A stretch of 63,248 nucleotides of DNA, the filler included, from Licmophora abbreviata (lineage: Eukaryota), in the NCBI GenBank assembly GCA_900291995.1. It is 24 parts of 24 records of this genome, joined end to end, with 100 filler letters (N's around TTAATTAATTAA, not from the genome) between each part and the next. Parts side by side here need not be neighbours in the genome. Positions count along the whole stretch, not along the records: positions 47,321 to 48,787 come from OLMU01005444.1; positions 48,888 to 51,114 come from OLMU01005445.1; positions 51,215 to 52,488 come from OLMU01005446.1; positions 52,589 to 54,785 come from OLMU01005448.1; positions 54,886 to 56,622 come from OLMU01005449.1; positions 56,723 to 57,897 come from OLMU01005452.1; positions 57,998 to 63,248 come from OLMU01005453.1; 17 more parts are not named here. One strand, 5' to 3'. Under the pieces are notes generated by a model. The model made no database searches. It saw only the letters and a program-made list of their open reading frames with translations, and was not told the DNA's origin. Made by a program: the position numbers and the translations under genes. This document shows, piece after piece, positions 48,626 through 58,843 of this stretch; the stretch's first letter is position 1; each line of letters begins with the position of its first letter.

Positions 48626-49761
48626 ATGATCAGGTCAATCTCGCGTCAAATTGGCTCCACAGCGGCTCTGACCGTCGGCATGGCGATTGCATTCACGGTG
48701 TACTTCTTTCACTCTGCGGAATTTTTCAAAGTCCAAACCCAAAAGTCGTCATCCAAAGTGATCGCAGTAGGAGGAAACAAAAATACGNNNNNNNNNNNNN
48801 NNNNNNNNNNNNNNNNNNNNNNNNNNNNNNNTTAATTAATTAANNNNNNNNNNNNNNNNNNNNNNNNNNNNNNNNNNNNNNNNNNNNAGTAGGAGGAAAC
48901 AAAAATACGAATAAGACCAGCACCTGCAAGATTCCAGTCCTGCAACCTGACCTACTCATTTACAACCGTCTTCCCAAAGCTGGTTCAAGCTCCATGACGA
49001 CCATTCTCCGAAACACGTCCAAGACCAACCACTTTCAGCTTGACTTTTCCGACCACTACGGCATTGGTCTTGCTCAACGGCTGAGCGATCCCTTTCTTGT
49101 CCACGCACTCAATGCCAGCTCTCAAGGAAAGCGTGACGTGTATGTCAACCATATGCATTACATGGGCGAGGATTTCCATGATATTGCTCCCGCGGCACCG
49201 CGTCCCGCCTATATACAGCTGGTTCGAGAGCCGATCTCCCGCACCTTATCTGAATTTTATTACTCGAAACAGGCGAGCCGAGGTCAGAAGGCTGACGATC
49301 ACATGAAGGTTCTCATGAGAAATGCTGGTCTCAATTCCTCTGTCTATGATATTCGAGAGTGCCTCGAGTCAGCCAAGAGACCAAGAAGTTGTACGAATAA
49401 CAACGGTATGACGCGGTACTTCTGTGGTACGGGACGAGAATGCGCAAACGTTTCGTCTCCTGCAGCCTTTGCATCGGCAGTCACCAATCTCGATCGCTAC
49501 CTTTTTGTTGGTATTCTTGAAGAGTTCCACCTTACCCTTTCCATGCTGGAGAAGCTCCTACCGGCGTACTTTAAAGGAGTCGGATCCATTAAGATACCTC
49601 AGGCGAACAAGGGAACTCAAAGCAAGCCCATTGCAGACGACAAGAGCCTTGAGATGATTCGGTCATGGAACGCCAATGATCTTGCGTTGTATGACCTGAT
49701 AGTTGAGAGGTTCCAACGTGAAGTGAAAGCATGCCTGGATGATTCGCTGTTTACTCGATGA
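48626..49761 (+). CDS. Golgi sulfotransferase (heparan/uronyl 2-O-sulfotransferase-like); the gap at 48788 can be closed by a 22-nt overlap
   Basis: TM anchor, 5'-PSB motif YNRLPKAGSSS, 3'-PB motif REPISRTLSEFYY, then VGILEE and DLALY. Positions 48766-48787 are identical to 48888-48909, and merging them gives one frame. Confidence 0.88.
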
Positions 49762-50288
49762 AGGTAGGACACACGGGCAAGAACTAGTAAGTTGGGGTGT
49801 ACTGGTACGTACCCAGGTATTCTTTTTTTCACTGGTAGCCTTATTACATATGATACATATCATAGTCACACCACAACAAAGTGTCAGCGAATGTGCAATG
49901 ATGTGACTGCTTGTACATAGATTTTAAAATACTTGTGGATCCTAGATTTTTTGATCACATAGAAACTACTATGTTTTTTAAACTTCTACTGATGATGAGA
50001 CTTGCACATATATTGAAAATGCCTGTGGCGCCCTTTCCGAAGTGTTTGGCTGATCTAGGTCACCCTAGAAGTCCATGCCAAGTTGTAGGTTGTCACATCG
50101 CGTGATTTATTTTGTTCCTGAAGAAAAACAGGCTCCACGTGTAGCACATTGACGATTCATTCATTCATTCTCAGTAAAACGAGCTCTTTCCTTCGGTATC
50201 TTCATGAGGAGCTCTCAAATGATCCCGACAATCTCAACTACTCGTAAAAACAAAACGTCGTCACCACGTTTCATTTCATCGATCGACC

Positions 50289-51114
50289 ATGGTGAGCACA
50301 CGCAGCCACGCCACGGGCGCCGTTCAGTATGGTGGCACTGGTGGTTCCAACCGAGCAGAGGCTTCCGATCGACACCATCATTACGATATTTTGGAATCTC
50401 TGTCGCTGATGCACTTGCTACAAACCGAGCCGTGGGAGTTCATTCCGGAGGGTTCACTTCTGGGCTACTTTGACTGGGTCCCAGAGCAGTATCGAGTGGG
50501 GAAGTGGTCCCGGTATGCCCCGGTTGTACTGGGAAGCTTTCTGTACCTTTGGTTGATGGGAGGAGTGTATTTGCACGTCTCAAATGGATGGAACAATGTC
50601 AGTAGTCATGTCAGCATCACAGACTACCCCGCAGCTGATTCAGTCCTGTGGTGGTATCATGTAGGAGGATTCTTCTGGATGTCCTTCATAGCAAGCTCCA
50701 TCTTGTTTGGTCCAGCAGGCGGAAAGGCATGGGCTACCTATACCGTATGGTCTTGGACCATCTTGACGATTCGACACGGACTCTGCGCGCTCGCACCCTG
50801 GATGACTTCCACGACGTTGTTGGAGGTCACCCGCTTTCCTGCACTCCTAACCACGTCCATTGTCTTTGTCTTGTGGAACCTTGTCGTCGGACCATTCATT
50901 TACTTCTTTGGTATGACGACGCCAGCCCGAAAACGCAACTTTCTCAAGTATTTCACCAATTTTCGCTTGACGCAGTTGCATGTCACCGTCATCGTCTTGG
51001 GAGTCATGAATACCATCGTGGCGAGTCCAGTAAGGAACTTGCAGTTTGGCGACTTTTACTATGCATCGACTGTGTCTCTTGTATATATGCTTTTTTACTT
51101 GTTCGTATTGGATA
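50289..51114 (+). CDS. Multi-pass membrane protein (possibly FAR-17a/AIG1-like; 5' part)
   Basis: Six or more TM segments. The TYTVWS and QLH residues fit the Thr/His pattern of the family. Confidence 0.5.
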
Positions 51115-51214
51115 NNNNNNNNNNNNNNNNNNNNNNNNNNNNNNNNNNNNNNNNNNNNTTAATTAATTAANNNNNNNNNNNNNNNNNNNNNNNNNNNNNN
51201 NNNNNNNNNNNNNN

Positions 51215-52488
51215 CGTTGACTTTTTGGAAAGAGAATGAAGGATGACGCCATATGAGATAAACATAACGACCGAGGGACACGTACGGCAATACAGAGCTT
51301 ACAAAGTCTCCTTGGACAACTCCACGCAAGTCTGGCCAAATATCTCTTATCAACGCCACCGCACCAATGACGACTAGAAGCGCAACAATAAAGATACCGA
51401 ACAGATACGTCATTAACTGTTGATCGATCGACATCCAGTCGTCCTTTTCGGCTTGAAAGAACTGGAGAAGAGCTGAGGCACGTTCCAAGTAGTCTTGGTC
51501 GCAGTAGCGATATACGGTCTCAGACCCATCTCCATGAAGGGAGATGGTAAAGACGGATGATTCCTTGCTATCTGCGGTCGTGAACAGGCTGTGGGCTCCG
51601 ATGTATTCCGGATACGTGCTACTGTCAATAACCTCATTCGCCTCTATAGGATATTCAAAGCAAAAACATCGGTGAGTGAAAACAAATAGGGATTAGCAAC
51701 AGCCATCTCGTCGTCTTGTCCTCACCACACGCGTCATCGAAAGGATAGGCCGAAAGGGCAAACTCAGTAACCACAGCCAACACAACGAGAGTCAACGGGA
51801 AGAAAAATCGTCGGCTTAGTTTCGCGACGTCATCTCCCAACTCTGGCAGCTGTCCCCAGCTTCTCTACATTGTACGAAGTATGAAAGGCGACAATAATAA
51901 GTTGAGCAGGCAGTTGCCTCATAGGAGCTCACTTGATTTGACTTACCAGCATCAAGAACTTGTCCGTTACGTAAGTAGCAGCAATTGCTAGCGTACCAAA
52001 GAAGAAGCTCGACGGGAAGATCAAAGAGTAAAAGAAGCAAAGAAAGATTATTTTCGTCATGTTCTGTGTCGATTGACAAAATGTGAGTCAAACATGTGCC
52101 AAAACTACCTACGGTAGAGAGGAAACGGCACTCACCGTGTACTTTTCACCTAGATTCTGCCGGGAACCCCGAAAGAGCACGTTCATTCCCGCCTGATCTG
52201 CCGCCCGCGGAGCCAAAATATGTCGTTTCACCTGATTGACGATATCCAACATGTGCAGGATGGGCGCCGTTACAATCTCGGCCTTCAGCACAGCATACAC
52301 TGCAGGGATCAGAGCCGTTTCTCCGCCGAAATGGTGGACGTGAACGGTTTGATCATAATGGTAACGATTGCGGTGTTGAAGAATCGAAACATGGACACCT
52401 TCGCGTACAGACTTGCTTGGTAGGTCCCCTCAGCCGCATGTGACTCGAGCGCATTCACTAGCTTGAAAATGTTCGGAATAACAATGTT
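51215..52488 (-). CDS. Multi-exon membrane protein fragment, TMC/OSCA-like channel
   Basis: SLYAKVSMFRFFNTAIV...HILAPRAADQ...LFRG...LGEKYT, followed by introns (GTGAGT donor at 52135) and further TM segments. There is an apparent frameshift near 52320. Confidence 0.5.
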
Positions 52489-53239
52489 NNNNNNNNNNNN
52501 NNNNNNNNNNNNNNNNNNNNNNNNNNNNNNNNTTAATTAATTAANNNNNNNNNNNNNNNNNNNNNNNNNNNNNNNNNNNNNNNNNNNNCCACCTTTCGTT
52601 TCATCTGCCATGCGTCGGGGCAAGTACTATTGTTTCAAAGTAGTCCCAGGCTTCTTCGAGAGAGCCATGTATGCCGTAATTGGGAATGATCCTAGCTAGA
52701 AATCGAGAGAAACGACGGCCGACGAGGTGTCCTGACGGAGGATGCTCGTGGGACGGGCGGGGATGACGTTCGATCCTATCATTTTAGAGGAAGGAGGCCA
52801 GTCTTTTCGGATGCCATGTTGGTGCACCTGCACCTTTACTCTGAAAGAAATGTGTTTCAGATACACAAGGGAGAATTGGCTCTCAAACAATCGATGAAAG
52901 CTAAAGGAGTAAGTCTCTCTGTGCCTTGAGGGAAAGAACAATAGGTTGTCACCATTTTGCGTCACAGTCCGATGAAGTCTGTAATTCGCGATCCCCGATG
53001 CCATCACAGTCAGTCGCTGTGACACAAAATATGAGACGTCCGGCACTGAACAGTAAAAGAATCCAATACTATACTCATCACGGGATACATTGTACATCCT
53101 CCATATCTTGAAGGCTTCCCGCGCAATCTTTCGAGCATCGATGATGCCTTGACACGCGGAGGTAGGTTCACGTTTGACCCCCTCTTGTGTTGATGTTTAC
53201 CGGTCAGCTTGTAATGGCTCATTTCTGCAGGCGCACAGA

Positions 53240-54423
53240 ATGGTTGCTTTTGCACCTCTCATCATCTTTGCACTGGTCGCCCTGAATCGCTCTACCAACA
53301 ACAACAACAAGATGTCCAAGGGATCTCTCGCTGCTGCTCCCAGCAACAACAAGAACGTCTCACCTTCCGACGAAACAAGTCCCAAGCAACAGGGTATTTT
53401 GCGCGTGCACGGACCAGACGCCAAGGGCATCGTGGCAGCCTTTTCTCAGACTCTCTATGGCCATGGCTGTGGAATCGTGGACAGTGAACAGAGTACCGAT
53501 CATGCGTTGCAGCTTTTCTTTCAGCGCATTCACTTTGACTATAGCAGCATGCACACGGACCGAATCTCTCTCGAAACGGGCATTCAGGAAGTCTGTGATC
53601 GTTTTCAGATGCAGCACGAGCTGAACTGGAGGGAGAGTAAGCCTCGTATTGCAATTATGGTGTCAAAGTACGATCACTGTCTCTGGGAACTCTTGTTGCG
53701 ACACCGTGCGGGGGAGCTGGACTGTGACATTGCGGCGATCATTTCGAATCATCCAGATCTACAGTCTATCGCAGACGCCTTTGATATTCCCTTTCAAGTC
53801 TTCAAAATTACCAAGGACACCAAGGCGGAACAGGAAGAAAAGGAGTTGGAGGTCTTGAAGAACATGTACAACGTGGACTTGGTGATTCTGGCGCGCTACA
53901 TGCAAATCATCTCGGCCAACTTTTGTGAGGCCTTTCAGCATCGGGTTATCAACATTCACCATTCCTTCTTGCCAGCCTTTGTGGGAGGCAAGCCCTATCA
54001 TCGAGCGCATGAGCGAGGCGTCAAGTTGATTGGAGCGACGGTGAGTGCATTTGGTCCGTGTGGGGCTCGTGTGGGTTTGTCGAAATTTGTCTTTCTCACT
54101 GACGGGCGATCCTTTGTTCTTGTTGATTTCTTAGGCGCACTACGCCACTGCTGATCTCGACGAAGGGCCCATCATCGAACAGGTACGTCCTGCCTCTTGG
54201 AGGGCACCGGTCGTTCATATTTCCATTCTCAATTCCAATTCTGTCTTTTCTCTGTCCACACAACCAGGACATCACTCGCATTTCGCATCGCGACGACGTG
54301 AACGAACTGTTGCGCAAGGGTCGCACTTTGGAAAAGAATGTGCTTGTCTACGCTGTCAAGGCCCATATTGAGGACCGCGTCATTGTCTACCGAAACAAAT
54401 GTATTGTATTTGGCAGTAGTTGA
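53240..54423 (+). CDS. purU: Formyltetrahydrofolate deformylase; exons 53240-54040, 54135-54182, 54268-54423
   Basis: ACT domain GPDAKGIVA, then VSKYDHCL, SNHPD, LARYMQI, INIHHSFLPAF and GATAHY...LDEGPIIEQD. Two phase-0 GT-AG introns. Confidence 0.95.
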
Positions 54424-54887
54424 TGGATATTGGGAAATTAGTAGTGAACACGAGTATGTATGTTGTATTCTCATTTTTAGGAGTACTCTCCACGTCCTCC
54501 TCGTCCACGCGGTCGAGGCGCACGTGAAAGGTCGGGCCGTTTTCTAGAGAGCACATAAAAATTAGACTAGAAAGAATTCGCAGTGCTATATATGGTCGGC
54601 AGGCTAAGAAAGAAAAGCTAACTGTGAGGAGGGGATAGGGGTTCGCGTTTTTCGACAGGCTCGACGAGCGCAAAGGATCTGGCGGTGGGCGCCCAAAGAT
54701 TCCCATCATACCAATTATCCTCATGACTGAATAATTTGGAAAGCTGGGCGTCCTCCAAAACCAGTCCCACAATTTGATGTCTGGCNNNNNNNNNNNNNNN
54801 NNNNNNNNNNNNNNNNNNNNNNNNNNNNNTTAATTAATTAANNNNNNNNNNNNNNNNNNNNNNNNNNNNNNNNNNNNNNNNNNNNAC

Positions 54888-56095
54888 ACGGTTCAGTCCT
54901 TAGCGTCGCGCGTGAATGCTGCTGGATGTACCTTCGTTCAGCTCCCTCCCAAGGTGACCCAGATCATCTCCTCGAAGCCCGTGATTGCCATCTGCGCCAC
55001 TCGCACCGGTACGGGAAAGAGTCAGACCACTCGCTTCGTGGCCGATTACCTCAAGAAGCACGGAAAGAGGATTGCGGTGGTCCGCCACCCGATGCCGTAC
55101 GATCAAGTGTTACTCAAACAACGCTGTCAGCGTTACGAGACGTTGGAGGACATGGATAAGTACGACTGTACAATTGAGGAGCGTGAAGAATATGAGCTCC
55201 ACATTGAGGAAGGAAATCTGCTGTTCGCTGGAGTCGACTATGACATGATTCTCCGAGAGGCTGAACTGGAAGCTGATGTGGTGTTATGGGATGGAGGCAA
55301 CAACGACAGTAAGTCAACCCCCCGTGTCTTTGTTTGCAATAGCTTTGAAGAGACTATCGCTCCCACGCTGCCGTTTTTATTCCTACAACAGCTCCTTTCT
55401 ACAAGCCAGACCTGCAGATCTGCGTCGCAGACGCTTTGCGCGGAAGCCACGCCGAAAAGTACTATCCTGGCGAGCTCAACGTGCGAATGGCCAACGTCAC
55501 TCTTATCAACAAAGTCAACTCGCTTCCGGGCATTCAAGCAGCCTACGAGCAGGCGGATCTTCTAAGGCGAATCACCAAGGACAAGTCTACTGTGATGCTG
55601 GGAAACTCTATTGTCCGCGGTGAAGGCAAGGATGTCACGACTGGTCGTCTCTTGAGTGACGGGGAAGTCACTGCCATGGTGCGTGGTAAACGAGTGCTGG
55701 TGATTGACGATGGTCCAACATTGACGCACGGCGGTATGCCATTTGGTGCCGGCTTTGCGCTCGCCAAGCAGCTCGGAGCCGGGGAGATTGTGGATCCTCG
55801 TCCCTACGCCAAGGGCTCGCTCGCGGGCGTCTTTGAAAAGTTCAGGCACCTTGATTGTGTCTTGCCGGCCATGGGCTATGACCAGGCTCAAATCAAGGAC
55901 TTAGAAGCCACCATCGAAGCATCCGAAGTGGACTGTGTCGTCGTGGGGACTCCAACTGACTTGAGCCGCGTGCTCGAGGTCAACAAGCCATTCGTCCGTG
56001 CTCGCTACAGCCTCGAAGTGGTGCCGGCCAACACGGAGCAGTTCTCCAAGAGCGTTGACTCGGTCTTTCATCGCTTTGCCATGCGTGGGCATTAG
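54888..56095 (+). CDS. arcE: COG2403 P-loop enzyme (arginine synthetase ArcE / cyclic 2,3-diphosphoglycerate synthetase family); 5' truncated; intron 55309-55391
   Basis: RTGTGKSQTTR P-loop, RHPMPY, TIEEREEYE, WDGGNND|TPFYKPD, YYPGELN, DGPTLTHGGMPFGAG, VDPRPYA and LPAMGY motifs. A GT-AG intron restores the frame. The family call is firmer than the functional call. Confidence 0.8.
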
Positions 56096-56240
56096 ATAGC
56101 TTATATATGATACAGTAGTAGATCGAACATTATAGCGGCGGACACAACACATAATGTTGAAGTATACGATAGGACTGTTTCCTATTGGCACCGGTTTTCA
56201 TTCTCAAGCCAGTTGCAACACGGCCTCGATTCAAGCGCTC

Positions 56241-56622
56241 TCAGTAGAACTCTGTATGGTCGTGTCCGTTCTCGCTGGTTACAAAAGTGCCGGCCTGGCA
56301 TGCCATCATTCTGTCCGCTTCTTTCAACGACGCAATCGCGCTCCAGCGTCCACCATGCGTGACGAACTCAATGGCACTCTCGACTTTGGGGCCCATAGAC
56401 CCGGCTGGAAACTGCTCTGAAAGCTCAGTCAGTCGCTCAGGAGAAATAGACTTGATCCACTTTTCGTTGGGAGTACCAAAATCTATCGCCACACCGGGCA
56501 CGTCGGTCAAAATGAGTAGTCCATCCGCCTTGAGGCTGCTGCCAATCATGGCAGCAGCACGGTCCTTGTCAATAACCGCTTCCACGCCCTTCAAACGCTT
56601 TGTTTCTGGATCTTCCACAACA
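56241..56622 (-). CDS. arcC: Carbamate kinase (3' part)
   Basis: [29 protein letters not shown] and AGT motifs. Confidence 0.93.
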
Positions 56623-56722
56623 NNNNNNNNNNNNNNNNNNNNNNNNNNNNNNNNNNNNNNNNNNNNTTAATTAATTAANNNNNNNNNNNNNNNNNNNNNN
56701 NNNNNNNNNNNNNNNNNNNNNN

Positions 56723-58412
56723 AAACACACGCCACGACCTTCTCGTTGGCCAAGAAGCATTTCTCCCTCGTATACGACAAAGTTAGCAGACGTCGTCGAG
56801 GAGCCTGCCGGATGTGGAGAAGTGGGGGATTTGTCGATACTCTCGTTGCTGTTATCGTAGTATAGAAAGTGAGCCGCTCGCCAACGAGCCAGGTTCGGAT
56901 CCGGAACGCTTGGCAATGTGACTGTCGAAGAAAACGAGGATTGAGCTGTAGCAGTCACCCCACCCCGGGCAGCGGGACGCGGGGAGGTTCTGGCTCTGCG
57001 TGGAGCCGCTGGCACCACCACAGCACCCTTGGGTGACACTCGTTTTGAAGGCATCGTCGTAGCAGTACCAGTCGGAACAACGATCTTCAACGCGGACGCC
57101 AATGAGTCGGCAGTCGCCGCTGGCGTCGACGCGGGTGTCGCCGGCATCGACGGACGCGGTCGTTTCTGCTGTTTGGCCAGCATCTTACGCAATTCTTCCT
57201 CTTCGATCGATTCTCGCTTGCGCCAAGACAGGTGTCGTTTGCGCGATTGACGTATGGCAGACGAGTCACCGCCACCGGCGGCTGGTGTCACGTCGATTCT
57301 CTTGGCCTTGCTGCTGCTAGACGACCGCGGCTTTCGAGGACTCTTGTGCGGATTGACAACGTACATTTTCTGGCATGCCAATTGACCCGTTTCAGGATCC
57401 CAAGATCCAATCAGCTCGAACGTACCAAATTGATTCGTTCCCATGCCGCGTACATGAACATGTCCTGCAGGAAGTTTGGCGAGATTTACAAATTCTTGTT
57501 CGTCAATCTTTTCTTCCATCTTTTTCTTGGTTTCGTTTGTTGCAATAGGAGTCGGAAATAAGACACGAGCATCCTTGGGAGGAGTAGCATTGAAAAAGAG
57601 ACAAAAGTTCTCGGCAATCTTGTTGCGATCTGAAATCGGATACCGACGTTTGACGGCATTTTCAAAGTGACCCTTCCACGCACCGTCCGGGGGACACGTG
57701 TAGGAAGAAGAAGAAGCTTCCGTGTAGCGAGGATCGTCGGGCGACAGCATCGAGGCAAACGTAATTATGGTGTCCTTTTCCGGGGCGGGCGAATCGAGCA
57801 GCTTCTTTGGAGTGGTCGCTTGCGGTGTCAGTGCTGGCTGTGATGACTTCAACTGGTTGCTGTCTTTTGTTCCATCCTGTGTTTCTAGCTGTTCTGTNNN
57901 NNNNNNNNNNNNNNNNNNNNNNNNNNNNNNNNNNNNNNNNNTTAATTAATTAANNNNNNNNNNNNNNNNNNNNNNNNNNNNNNNNNNNNNNNNNNNNCGA
58001 CACTACCCGCATTCGTTGTTGTTGGCGCCTCGGAACTTTCCTGGCTAGTCTTGGCTGCAGCAGCATTATCCTCGTCGAATCTTGGGGTTGTCGTCAGGGA
58101 TATCTTCCGCTCGTTTTCTTCTTCTTTGGGCTTTGGAAAATTCAACGACGGCACAGGCGTAGTACTAGCACTCTGAGATTTCACCCACGAGTAGTAATAG
58201 GGTTTTGGTTTTTTAACAGTCGTAGAAGCCGCACCCCGTCCCTTATTGGGAGATTCGATCGTTCCAAACGCCCAGAGTCCTTCCCAGCACCAAACAGAGG
58301 TCGAAGAAGAAGAGGAGGATGCAGTCGTAGTACTAGTAGTAGGTGAAGCATCTAGAGCCGCAGATTTCTCGTCGACTGGTTTTTGCTTTAAAGTTCCACG
58401 AAGCGCAATCAT
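56723..58412 (-). CDS. Large protein with a probable MORN repeat region (5' part, across the gap at 57898)
   Basis: Open frames on both contigs, ending in YEGEMLLGQREGRGVC (MORN consensus) at the gap. Confidence 0.6.
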
Positions 58413-58843
58413 GCTTGATGAAAGTGTTCATTAACTTTACAGAATTTCAAAAATAAAATTGATTTGTGATCGCAGAGGCTAAAAAAGAAAGAGAGAGTAG
58501 AAGAGAGCGAGCGGCAACGACGAGGCAATCTCCATGGTGGTTGTGTCGTAAATAGAGTTTGGAACGAAAAGATTTACACCGACTTAGAGTATAGAGATAC
58601 GGAGGCAGGCCAGCCGCAACTTAGGACTACTTCGACTAGCGCAAGATCTGGCTTGTCATGTCTCACACATGTGACTACTTCGACTATCCAAATCCGTTTC
58701 AAGTTTCAAGATTCGTGTTTGACAAAAAATGGACCATGATGTGTTTCGAACAGACACTTCAATCTCGCGACTGACTCTACCAGAACCGGTGCTTGTGTTA
58801 TATGCCAAGAGTAGCCGCCCCCCAAGAGACGAAACCTTGAGTC

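Larger units (their letters stand above)
5008..57997. other. 23 artificial 100-bp contig linkers (N44-TTAATTAATTAA-N44) starting at 5008, 6989, 15819, 18394, 20792, 23132, 24741, 27988, 29438, 32683, 33995, 37001, 39351, 40556, 41909, 43586, 47221, 48788, 51115, 52489, 54786, 56623 and 57898
   Basis: Each has the same length and the same central 12-mer, which puts stop codons in all six frames. This is a scaffolding or concatenation spacer. Confidence 0.99.

Noticed and set aside
53240..56622. purU, arcE and arcC as bacterial contamination
   Set aside because: purU and the arcE-like gene contain canonical spliceosomal introns, and arcC shares a contig with the latter.
5008..57997. Regularly recurring TTAATTAATTAA palindrome as a repeat array or recombination site
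   Set aside because: It is always centred in N-runs of fixed length, so it is an artificial six-frame-stop linker. ORFs ending in XXX-LIN are artefacts of it.
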